Source: Polyangia bacterium (GTDB taxonomy: Bacteria; Myxococcota_A; Polyangia; Fen-1088). From it: a stretch of 61,278 nt of DNA. Position numbers and translations under genes: made by a program. Position 1 is the stretch's first letter. Each line of letters opens with the position of its first letter. The DNA is taken from assembly GCA_045802645.1 (NCBI GenBank), contig JBJMQQ010000052.1:1-61278 (forward strand). Reading direction: 5' to 3'. This document shows positions 9,372 through 18,451 of the stretch, piece after piece. The notes below the pieces were generated by a model that was not told the origin of the DNA, made no database searches, and was given only the letters and a program-made list of their open reading frames with translations.

Positions 9372-10064
9372 GTGTTTGTCGCATTGATGGTCATCGGGCT
9401 CACCGGATTGGTTTTCATGGCCATCCCCAGCCTGGGTGGTCACCACGGCGCCGGCCACGCGGCACTCCCCCACGCCGCGCATGGCCACGCAGCGGCCCAC
9501 GCGGGTCCACCCACCGCCGCGTCAAACACTCAGCTCGCCGGCCGCACCGAGCCGGGCATCCTGGCGGCGCACCAGGACGCCGAAACCGCCCGCGGCGAGA
9601 GTCCGCGCTGGCACCGGTGGGTCCCTTCGCCGCGCGGGATCTGCAGCGCGCTGGCGCTCTACGGGGCGTTCGGAAACGCGCTCACCCACGCTGCGCGGCT
9701 GACGCCGTTCGTGGCCGGGCTGGTCGCCGTCGTGCCCGCGGCGCTGATCGAATGGCTGGCGGTGCGGCCAATCTGGCGCGCGGTGCTTCGGTCGCAGGGT
9801 GCGCCGGCCACCCCGCTCGAGACGCTGATCCTGACCGAAGCCCGGGCGGTGACGCCGTTCCGCAACGGACGGGGCATCGTGTCGGCGACCCGCGACGGCC
9901 GACACGTGCAACTGTCGGCGCGCCTCACGCCTGAACAGCAGCACAGGTCGGTGACGACCGGACAGCGCCTCCGCATCGAAGATGTAGACGCGCGCAACGA
10001 ACGCCTGACGGTGTCGGTCCTCATCGCGGGTGCGGACCCTGCCAGCAAAGGAAAAGAATCGTGA
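9372..10064 (+). CDS. NfeD/YqiJ-like membrane partner of flotillin
   Basis: N-terminal TM, His-rich linker, two TMs, OB-fold-like C-terminus; GTGA overlap with the SPFH gene; start uncertain (9339 or 9372). Confidence 0.7.
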   Translation: MFVALMVIGLTGLVFMAIPSLGGHHGAGHAALPHAAHGHAAAHAGPPTAASNTQLAGRTEPGILAAHQDAETARGESPRWHRWVPSPRGICSALALYGAFGNALTHAARLTPFVAGLVAVVPAALIEWLAVRPIWRAVLRSQGAPATPLETLILTEARAVTPFRNGRGIVSATRDGRHVQLSARLTPEQQHRSVTTGQRLRIEDVDARNERLTVSVLIAGADPASKGKES

Positions 10065-11407
10065 ACATCGAACCCTCGCTCTGGATGGCGGGCGGCGCCG
10101 CCGTGGCCGTCCTGGCCCTCACATCCATCATCATCACGGGGTTTTTGCGCAGCGTCGACGCCGGCGAGATCCTGCTGGCCAGCCGCGGCCGCAACCTTCG
10201 AATCTTCCGGGGACCGTGCAAGGCGTTCGTCGTGCCGGTCATCACGCAGGCGCGCGTCATCCCGGCCCAGGCCATCAATGTCGATATCGAAATCACCGAC
10301 CAGACCGCCGACGTCGACACCAGCGGCCGGCCGGCGCCGGTCAAGGTCACCGTCAGGGCCTCCGCCATCGTCAGCGTCGGTGAAGACGAGGCCATGGTGA
10401 ACACGGCGGCGAACAAGTTCTTTTCGAAGCCGGCCAGCGAGCAGATGTCGACGCTGACGGACGTGCTCTCGTCTGCGGGGCGCCGCGCGATCAACCTGCT
10501 CAAGCACGATCAGCTGTTCAACGCGCGCTCGGCGGCCGCGACCGCCGCGCTCCTGGCTGCGCCGCCGGCGGCGGGTGGCGCGGGGCGTGCCCTCGTGCCG
10601 AGCTCACCGACGGAGCTGGCCCTGCTCCCGCGTGGCGACGACGACGAGCTGGCGGTGATCATCAAGGACGCCTGCTCGCGCGAGCTGATGGACATCGGCC
10701 TCTCCTTCAACAGCCTCAACATCAAGGCGGTGCTCAGTGAGGTGGCGGAGGCCCGCCGGCGTGAGTCGGCAGCCCGCGCCAAGGCCGACGCCGACGTGGT
10801 GCAGGCGCAGGAAGAGCAGCGCGCGCGGATCGCGCAGCTCGAGGCCGCGCAAAAGATCAACGACCAGGAGCGCGCCCTCAACATGCAGATCGCGTCCAAC
10901 GGGGCCGCGGTCGCGCGCGCTGAAGCCGAGAAGCAGACGGCCGTGCGCCAGTTTCGCGAGGCCGAGCTGAACGCCAGCCAGATTCCCCAGGCGCGCGCCG
11001 ACGCCGACCAGAACCTCATCACGCAAGAGGCGCAGGGGCGCGGCGAAGCAGCGCGCATCCTGGCCGTCGCCGAGGCGGAGGCCGCCGCCATCCGGTTGAA
11101 AGCGCAGGCCCTGCTGGAGGCGGGCGGCGCCTACCTGGATCTACGCCGGCTGGAGCTGGCGCCCGAGCTCACGGCCCAGATCGCGGGCGCGCTGGCCAAC
11201 AGCCAGTTCGTGAACTTCGGGACGACCGGGGGCAACGGAGGCGATCACAGCGCGGTGTCGACCGGCTCCGACGACATCCTGCGGGTGGTGCAAACGCTGA
11301 TGGCCGCCCAGGTGCTGACCGGCAACTCCAAGACCGACGGCGCGCCGATCCGTCCGTCGTCGACGACGACGGTCACCGTCCCAGGAACCACCCGCCCGCC
11401 CCGCTGA
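10061..11407 (+). CDS. SPFH/flotillin-like protein
   Basis: N-terminal TM, band-7-like region, Ala/Glu-rich coiled coil (AEAEAAAIRLKAQA). Confidence 0.8.
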   Translation: MNIEPSLWMAGGAAVAVLALTSIIITGFLRSVDAGEILLASRGRNLRIFRGPCKAFVVPVITQARVIPAQAINVDIEITDQTADVDTSGRPAPVKVTVRASAIVSVGEDEAMVNTAANKFFSKPASEQMSTLTDVLSSAGRRAINLLKHDQLFNARSAAATAALLAAPPAAGGAGRALVPSSPTELALLPRGDDDELAVIIKDACSRELMDIGLSFNSLNIKAVLSEVAEARRRESAARAKADADVVQAQEEQRARIAQLEAAQKINDQERALNMQIASNGAAVARAEAEKQTAVRQFREAELNASQIPQARADADQNLITQEAQGRGEAARILAVAEAEAAAIRLKAQALLEAGGAYLDLRRLELAPELTAQIAGALANSQFVNFGTTGGNGGDHSAVSTGSDDILRVVQTLMAAQVLTGNSKTDGAPIRPSSTTTVTVPGTTRPPR

Positions 11408-11417
11408 GCCCTTCTGC

Positions 11418-11490
11418 CCCGTCCTCGTCCTCGTCCTCGTCCTCGTCGCCGTCCTCGTCCGACGAATGCGAGGACGAGGACGAGGACGGG
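11418..11490. repeat. (GTCCTC)n / (GAGGAC)n inverted microsatellite hairpin
   Basis: 11418-11439 is the exact reverse complement of 11469-11490 (22 bp). Confidence 0.85.
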
Positions 11491-11542
11491 AGAAGACGTG
11501 AACTGTGAATCAAAACCGCCGCCGAGGGCCCTATCCACGGTG

Positions 11543-13654
11543 ATGGGTACTCCGATTGGCACTTTCGGGCCCCGCGGAACGGCGATCGTCCTCGTCGCTC
11601 TGTTACTCGCCAGCTGTTCCCAGGCTAACCCGGGCGGAACCCCGGGCACCGGTGGGATGGCGGATCGCGGCGGAACCTCCGGAAGCGCGGGGCAGGCGAC
11701 CGGCGGAACCGGCGGCGCGGCATCCGGCGGCGCCGCACCGACGGGAACCGGCGGCGTGCAGGGGACCGGCGGCGCCGACGCGGCCACCGGCGGGACGATC
11801 GGGAACGCGGGCGGCGCGCCCGGGATGACGGGCGGCAGCGGCTTCTATCACATGGAGCGGCTCGCCCGTGGGCTCGTCGCCGTGCAGGTCACGGGCGGGA
11901 TTTACGTCGGGTGGCGCATGTTCGGCTTCGAATACGACGCCAGCAACCCCGACAACGTCACGTTCAACGTCTACCGAAACGGCACGAAGATCGCGAACGT
12001 CACGAACAGCACGAACTACACCGACACGGCCGGAACGCCGACGTCCACCTACCTCGTCCGGCCGGTGATCGGCGGGGTCGAAGGTTCCGCATCCGAAATG
12101 GCCAGCGTGTGGGCCCAGCAGTACCTGCGCGTGCCGCTGCAGGTCCCGCCGGGCGGCAGCACCGGCGCCAACTGCCCGACGCCCAACGAGGCGTACGCCT
12201 ACAGCGCCAACGACGCCAGCCCCGGTGACGCCGACGGTGACGGCGTGTACGAGATCTTTCTCAAGTGGGATCCCAGCAACTCTCACGACAACTCGCAGTC
12301 GGGTTGCACCGGCAACGTCTACCTGGACGCGTACAAGGTGGACGGCACGCGGCTCTGGCGGATCGACCTGGGGCCAAACATCCGCGCCGGTGCGCACTAC
12401 ACCCAGTTCGTGGTCTACGACTTCGACGGTGACGGCAAGGCGGAGATGGCGGTCAAGACAGCGCCTGGCACCAAGGACGGCACCGGCGCATACCTGCACA
12501 CCGGGCCAGCCGCCAATGACGACGACAGCGCCGTGTACCACAACAGCGACGGTTACGTGCTGTCGGGTCCCGAATACTTGACGGTCTTCAATGGAGCGAC
12601 CGGGGCCGAGATGGCGACCGTCGCCTTCGATCAGGCACGCGGCACCGTCAGCGCCTGGGGGGACACCTACGGGAACCGGGTCGACCGCTTCTTGTCGACG
12701 GCGGCATACCTCGACGCGACGGGGTTGCCCAGCTTCATCATGGCGCGCGGGTACTACACGCGGACCACGCTGGGCGCGTGGAACTGGCGCGACGGCAAGC
12801 TCACGCAGCTCTGGAAGTTCGACAGCAACGTCACGCCGAAGGATGCGGCCGGGCACGCCTACTCGGGGCAAGGCTCGCACAGCATGACGATCGCGAACGT
12901 CGACGCCGATCCCCAGCAGGAGGTCATGTACGGCGCGATGGCGATCGACAACACGGGCGCCGGGCTGTGCTCGACGGGGTTCAATCACGGCGACGCCGAG
13001 CATGTCGGCGACCTGATCCCCTCGCATCCCGGCCTGGAGTTCTTCATGTGCAACGAGGACGGCAGCCACCCCGCGTATCACATCCGCGACGCGAAGACCT
13101 GCGCCGTGCTTCAGCAGGGGCCCGTCGACGGGGCCGACACGGGCCGCTGCGTGGCCGAGGACATCGACGCCAGCAACCCCGGCGCCGAGATGTGGTCGTC
13201 GAGCACGGCGGGGCTCATCGCGGCCACGACCAACGCGAACCTGGGTGCGCTCCCGGGGTCCACGAACTTCGTCGTCTACTGGGACGGCGATGAAACGCGC
13301 GAGTTGCTGGACAGCAACCACATCGACAAGTACGCCGCGGGCGCGACCACCCGCCTCCTGACCGCCAGCGGCGTGTCGTCGAACAACGGGACCAAGTCGG
13401 TGCCCACGTTGACCGCCGACCTTTACGGCGACTGGCGCGAAGAGGTCGTGTGGCGCGAATCAGACTCCAAGGCGCTGCGCATCTACACGACCACGGCGCC
13501 CACCACCCGTCGCATCTACACGCTGATGCACGACCCGCAGTACCGCATGCAGGTCGTCGGTGAACAGACGGCGTACAATCAGCCACCGCACGTCGGGTTC
13601 CAGATCGGCAACGGCATGCCCGCGCCGCCGGCTCCGAACATTCAGGTCCACTAG
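11543..13654 (+). CDS. Rhamnogalacturonan lyase, PL11 (YesW-like), lipoprotein
   Basis: WRIDLGPNIRAGAHYTQFVVYDFDGDGKAE, MARGYYTRT, DWREE, YNQPPH; lipobox LASC. Confidence 0.92.
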   Translation: MGTPIGTFGPRGTAIVLVALLLASCSQANPGGTPGTGGMADRGGTSGSAGQATGGTGGAASGGAAPTGTGGVQGTGGADAATGGTIGNAGGAPGMTGGSGFYHMERLARGLVAVQVTGGIYVGWRMFGFEYDASNPDNVTFNVYRNGTKIANVTNSTNYTDTAGTPTSTYLVRPVIGGVEGSASEMASVWAQQYLRVPLQVPPGGSTGANCPTPNEAYAYSANDASPGDADGDGVYEIFLKWDPSNSHDNSQSGCTGNVYLDAYKVDGTRLWRIDLGPNIRAGAHYTQFVVYDFDGDGKAEMAVKTAPGTKDGTGAYLHTGPAANDDDSAVYHNSDGYVLSGPEYLTVFNGATGAEMATVAFDQARGTVSAWGDTYGNRVDRFLSTAAYLDATGLPSFIMARGYYTRTTLGAWNWRDGKLTQLWKFDSNVTPKDAAGHAYSGQGSHSMTIANVDADPQQEVMYGAMAIDNTGAGLCSTGFNHGDAEHVGDLIPSHPGLEFFMCNEDGSHPAYHIRDAKTCAVLQQGPVDGADTGRCVAEDIDASNPGAEMWSSSTAGLIAATTNANLGALPGSTNFVVYWDGDETRELLDSNHIDKYAAGATTRLLTASGVSSNNGTKSVPTLTADLYGDWREEVVWRESDSKALRIYTTTAPTTRRIYTLMHDPQYRMQVVGEQTAYNQPPHVGFQIGNGMPAPPAPNIQVH

Positions 13655-13667
13655 AGGCGCCAGGCCC

Positions 13668-14777
13668 ATCGCTGGTCATCTCCGCCGATCGCTCGTCGCC
13701 GCGCTGGGCGTTGCGCTGTTCGGCGCGGGCCAGGCCCAGGCGCACGACCCGTTCGAGATCACGACCGACGCCCATGTGAACGCCGGGGCGGGCGGCCTCT
13801 CGCTGCACACGACCATGTCGCTGCCGACGATGACCCGGGCGTGCCTGGCGGAGAATCCGCCCCGGCAACCGCCCGCAGCCGCCGACTTCGCGCGATTCGC
13901 CCCGGCGTTCGTCGCCTGCGCGCGCGCCATGTACGCGGTGAGCGCGGGCAGTCAGCCTCTGCAGCCGAAAACGGCCACGGTCAACCTGACCGTCGAGGAA
14001 GACGTCGACGCGTGGGTGACGTTCCCCCGCCCGACCAGAAGTCCGCTGCTCATAGAGGCGGTGGGCCTCCGCAAGTTGACGCCGCGGGCCGGGGTCGTGC
14101 TGACCGTGACGGGCGCGCGCACGTTCCTGGGGCAGAAGCTGTTGCGCCCGGACGATCGCCGCTTCGAAGTGCCGATCACGCCGGAAGCCGAAGCGCTCGG
14201 GACGCCGGCGCTCCCTTCATTCGGCGGCTATCTGCGGCTGGGCATCGAGCACATCCTGACCGGCGCTGACCACCTGCTCTTCCTGCTGGGGCTGCTGGTC
14301 GTGTGCCGGCGACTCCGCACCGTCGCACAGATCGTGACCTGCTTCACCGTCGCGCACTCGCTGACGCTGGCGCTTGCGGTCCTCCACGTCGTCGCCGTCC
14401 CCTCGCGCGTCGTGGAGCCGTTGATCGCCGCGACCATCGTGGCCGTGGCGTTCGAAAATCTCGTCCGCCCGGAAGAGCCGGATCGCCTGTGGGTCGCCCG
14501 GCTCGCCACGGCGCTGGTGTTCGGTCTGATCCACGGGCTCGGCTTCGCGACTGCGCTCGCGCAAACGGGACTGGGCGCGGCGGGCGCTTCGATCGCGGCG
14601 CCGCTGGTCGCGTTCAACCTGGGGGTGGAGGTGGGTCAACTTGCCGTGGCGGCCCTGATCCTGGCCGCGCTGTGGGCCCTTCGTCAGGGCGGGCAGTTCA
14701 CGCGCCGTGTCCCGCAGGTCGCGTCCGTGCTGGTGGGCGCGATTGGCCTTTTCTGGTTCGTGACGCGGCTCCGTTGA
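13668..14777 (+). CDS. HupE/UreJ family membrane protein; start codon unresolved
   Basis: LGIEHILTGADHLLFL, FTVAHSLTL, VEPLIAA, FGLIHGLGFA, FNLGVEVGQ. Confidence 0.85.
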   Translation: MAGHLRRSLVAALGVALFGAGQAQAHDPFEITTDAHVNAGAGGLSLHTTMSLPTMTRACLAENPPRQPPAAADFARFAPAFVACARAMYAVSAGSQPLQPKTATVNLTVEEDVDAWVTFPRPTRSPLLIEAVGLRKLTPRAGVVLTVTGARTFLGQKLLRPDDRRFEVPITPEAEALGTPALPSFGGYLRLGIEHILTGADHLLFLLGLLVVCRRLRTVAQIVTCFTVAHSLTLALAVLHVVAVPSRVVEPLIAATIVAVAFENLVRPEEPDRLWVARLATALVFGLIHGLGFATALAQTGLGAAGASIAAPLVAFNLGVEVGQLAVAALILAALWALRQGGQFTRRVPQVASVLVGAIGLFWFVTRLR

Positions 14778-14819
14778 CGCTCTCGTCACGAAAGCCAACA
14801 TCGGCGGTAATCTCGCCGT

Positions 14820-16988
14820 GTGCGCCGATATGGGATCGTGTTGTGGGCCTGTGTCGCGGCCGCGTGCCAGCCCGTTCCGCGGTCACGCGCAGGAGGGGAA
14901 GGCGGCGCGACGGGCGAGCTGCCGGCGGACCTGCCAGTGTTCCCGATCGGCGCCGACGCGATTCGCGAATGGGATCGCTGGCCCGTGTTGCGGATTGGCG
15001 CGCGCACGTACATGCGCAGCACGTATGACCGCGCCGGCGGCAACGAAGGCGCCGACGCCAGCCACTTCATCCGCCAGGAGAGTGACGGGACCTTCACCAC
15101 GCTGGACGTGACTGGAACGGGTGTCCTGTCGTTCGTCCGCACCAACCATTGGCACGGCAGCCCGTGGCACTACACCGTCGACGGCGACGAGACGATCGTG
15201 AAGGAGTCGAGCACCGCCACGCCCGATCACCCTGTCAGTGGATCGACCTTCTTGCCCGCCGACGCCTTCCCGCCACCGCTGGCCCTGACGTGGTCGACGA
15301 CCCAGGGGGCCGATCTGTCCTGGGTGCCGATCGGCTTTTCGCGATCGCTGCGCCTCGGGTACGAGCGCACGCACTATGGAACCGGCTACTACATCTATCA
15401 GTTGCTGGCAGCCGGGGCGCCCGTACAAAACCCGCCGGGCAGCTGGCGCCCGACCGATCGACCGCCCGCCGACGTCTTGGAGCTGCTGGGCCGCGCCGGC
15501 CAGGACATCGCGCCCGCCGGGCCCGAGGTGACCGCCGCGGCCGGCAGCCTGGACGTGCCGGCAGCGCCCGGGGTCGCGGTGCCCGTCTGGTCGGCGGCCG
15601 CCGGCCCCGCCGCCGTGCGCGCGATCCAGTTCGACGTCCCTTCCAGCAGCGCCGAGGCGTTCGGCCGGGCCTCGCTCCGCCTCACCTGGGACGATCGTTC
15701 GCGTCCTTCAGTGGACGCGCCCGTGGCCCTGCTGTTCGGGGCCGGCACGCTGTACGACCGCGATGGTCACGCCGATCTCGTACGCGCGTTCCCCGTCAGC
15801 GTGCGCTTCGCGAACGGCCGGGCGTCGCTGGCGATCTACTTTCCGATGCCCTTTCAGCGGTCAGCCCGGCTGGAGCTGGTCTCGGCGGGCGAAGCCGTCC
15901 CGGGCGTGGAGTGGCGCATCCGGACCGCGCCCTGGTCGGTGCCCGCCAACCAGGCGGGCTATTTTCACGCGACCGCGCACGATCACCCGGCGCCGGCGCG
16001 CGGCCAGGACCTGGTCCTTCTGGACACGACCCGCGACGAGGGCGGCGGCGACTGGTGCGGCAGCTTCGTCGGCACCGCCTTCACGTTCTCCGATCGCGCC
16101 GATCTCTCGACCCTGGAAGGCGACCCCCGATTCTTCTTCGACGACAGCCAGACGCCCCAGGCGCAGGGGACCGGGACCGAGGAATGGGGCGGCGGCGGCG
16201 ACTACTGGGGCGGCGTCACGATGACGCTCCCCTTCGCGGGACACCCGACGGGCGCGCCCTCCCCGTCACAGATGCTGGCGCCGCAGGACGGAATCGAATC
16301 GGCGTACCGCTATCTGCTGACCGACCTCTTCCCGTTCGGCCGCAACGCGCGCATCCAGCTTGAACACGGGGGCGACGACACGTCGAGCGAGCACTACCAG
16401 ACGGTCACGCTGTGGTACGGGCTGCCTGGCGCCTGCCTGGTGCCCACGGACAGCGTTCACATCGGCGACCCGGTCGACGAGCAGGCGCATGCGTACCTGG
16501 CGCCGGCGTCATCGACGATCGAGACCGTCACCAGTCGGTACGAGTGGGGCGTCGACACGCTGGACGGGCAAGAGGTCTACCCCGCCACGACGGACACCGG
16601 CCGAGTGAACACGGGACCGTCCGAGGTGACACTGGCCATCCAGCGGGACAACTTCGGCGTCCTCTTGCGGCGCAAGCTCGACTACGGCACCGGCGATCAG
16701 CGCGCCGAGGTCTGGGTGAGCGACGAGACCGGCGCCCCGTTCAAGGACGCGGGAACGTGGTACCTGGCCGGCGCGACGCGCTGCCTCTACTCGAACCCCG
16801 GCGGCGAGCTGGCGCCGCCCGAGCCGGTCGCGCAGACGTCGAACCGCCGGTTCCGCGACGACGAGTTCCTGATCCCGCGCGCCATGACCGAAGGGCGAAC
16901 GCAGCTGCGGCTGCGCATCGTGCCCCAGGGGACGTGGACGGAGCTCCGCTACGACGCGTACGTCTGGAAGCTTCCGCGCGAGCCTTGA
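14820..16988 (+). CDS. DUF2961 (GH172-like) domain lipoprotein
   Basis: Lipobox AAAC; MRSTYDRAGGNEGAD, YFPMPF, LEGDPRFFFD, GTGTEEWGGGGDY, LEHGG. Confidence 0.8.
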   Translation: MRRYGIVLWACVAAACQPVPRSRAGGEGGATGELPADLPVFPIGADAIREWDRWPVLRIGARTYMRSTYDRAGGNEGADASHFIRQESDGTFTTLDVTGTGVLSFVRTNHWHGSPWHYTVDGDETIVKESSTATPDHPVSGSTFLPADAFPPPLALTWSTTQGADLSWVPIGFSRSLRLGYERTHYGTGYYIYQLLAAGAPVQNPPGSWRPTDRPPADVLELLGRAGQDIAPAGPEVTAAAGSLDVPAAPGVAVPVWSAAAGPAAVRAIQFDVPSSSAEAFGRASLRLTWDDRSRPSVDAPVALLFGAGTLYDRDGHADLVRAFPVSVRFANGRASLAIYFPMPFQRSARLELVSAGEAVPGVEWRIRTAPWSVPANQAGYFHATAHDHPAPARGQDLVLLDTTRDEGGGDWCGSFVGTAFTFSDRADLSTLEGDPRFFFDDSQTPQAQGTGTEEWGGGGDYWGGVTMTLPFAGHPTGAPSPSQMLAPQDGIESAYRYLLTDLFPFGRNARIQLEHGGDDTSSEHYQTVTLWYGLPGACLVPTDSVHIGDPVDEQAHAYLAPASSTIETVTSRYEWGVDTLDGQEVYPATTDTGRVNTGPSEVTLAIQRDNFGVLLRRKLDYGTGDQRAEVWVSDETGAPFKDAGTWYLAGATRCLYSNPGGELAPPEPVAQTSNRRFRDDEFLIPRAMTEGRTQLRLRIVPQGTWTELRYDAYVWKLPREP

Positions 16989-17004
16989 GGCCCCGCGCGG
17001 CCGC

Positions 17005-18441
17005 TCAGGTCAGGCTGGGGCTGGTCAGCGGCGCCGAGTCGACGCGCGAGTCGCCGAACGTCGTGCGCGTGTCGCCGAACAAGTTGAAGATCGACGTGAG
17101 CAGTTTGTTGTGCGGGACACCGCCGCACTTGATCCACCGCCCGGTCCGCAACGTCTTGCCGTCGCCCCCGGCCAGCAGGAACGGCATGTTGGTCTTGTTG
17201 TGCGACGGCGGGTCGGCGATCTCGGTCCCGAAAAAGACGACCGTTTCGTCCAGCAGCGAGTGCCCGCCCATGTCGACCGCCTGCATCGCCTTCAGCAGGT
17301 AGGCGTGCATCTGCGAGTACCAGGTGTCGATCTGCGTGCACTCGGTGGGCCTGAAGCCGCCGTCGTGCTGGTAGTAGTGGTGGTGCTCCGACAGGTTCAG
17401 CCACGGGAACGTATGCTTGGCTTCGCTGTCGCTCCACTGCAGCGAGATGACGTTCGTCCGCTCGCAGGCCAGCGCCATCGTCATCATGTCCATCATGAAC
17501 TGACCGACCGCGGGGATCTTCGAGTCGGTGGCCGTGTCCTTGATGCTGCCGTCATCCGCCGAGTTGAGCCCGCTGGTGGGGCTGTACCCGGTCGTATCGA
17601 TCTTGATGGGGTTCTTGCATCCCGTCATGCCCGGGGGCGGTGGCATGGAGATCGTCATCATTCGCTGCTCGAGGCTGCGAATCTCCGTGAGGTGCTGCTC
17701 CAGCCGCGCGCGATCGTCCGTGCCCAGCTTGGTTTCCAGCGCCGCGTACTTCTTGTCGACGAAATCCAGGATCGACTTCCGCCGGTTGTTGGCGACGATC
17801 GACGGGTCCACGCCGCCGGCCCCGCCCGCGCCCGTGGAGGGGGAGCCGAAGAGCGTCTTGAAGATGTCCTGCGGGTCCAGACGCGGCGGGATCGGGCCGC
17901 TGTCCGAAAAGTTCATTGCGTTGATGGGCGACAGCTTGCCGTGTGACTTCCCGGTCGCCCACCGCACGGCCAGCTGGAGGCTGGCGTAAGGTTTTCCCGT
18001 CGACAGGCGAGTGGCCAGGACCTGATCGATCGACGGCGAGCTCTTCGGGATGTAGTTGCCCGCTCCCTGCTGGATGGCGCCGGTCAGCCAGCCAACCTCG
18101 CCGCCCTGATGCTGCTCGACGCCGTACTTGGACTGGTCGCCGCAGGTCAGGTTCGTCCCGTCGACGACCACCAGCCGCTTCTGGTAGTCCGCCAGCGGTG
18201 CCAGAACGGGAGACAGCGTGAAGGCGGACTCGGAGCCGGTCGGCGTGTACTTGTCGCCGTTCGCGCCGCTGCGAACCGCGCCGCCTGGCTGATACACCGT
18301 CACGAATCGCTACAGCGGGACGGACGCCGTCTGCGCGCGCGCCGTGGAACCGCGACCCATGATCTCGAGCCACGGCAATGCGATGGCGATGGTGCCGGCG
18401 CCCTTGATGACCGTTCGACGATCGAGCTTGAAACGCGACAT
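17005..18441 (-). pseudogene. DUF1552 domain protein interrupted by an in-frame TAG at 18310-18312
   Basis: Tat-like LDRRTVIKGAG..IALPWLE, then VPL*RFVTVYQPGG in the same frame; SIDQ, HL.EIRSLE, SLLDET, SH...MPFLLAGG. Confidence 0.8.
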
Positions 18442-18451
18442 ACCAAGTCTC

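Noticed and set aside
18310-18312. Genome-wide TAG recoding
   Set aside because: TAG terminates intact genes here (e.g. at 9250, 13654, 31267, 44438)
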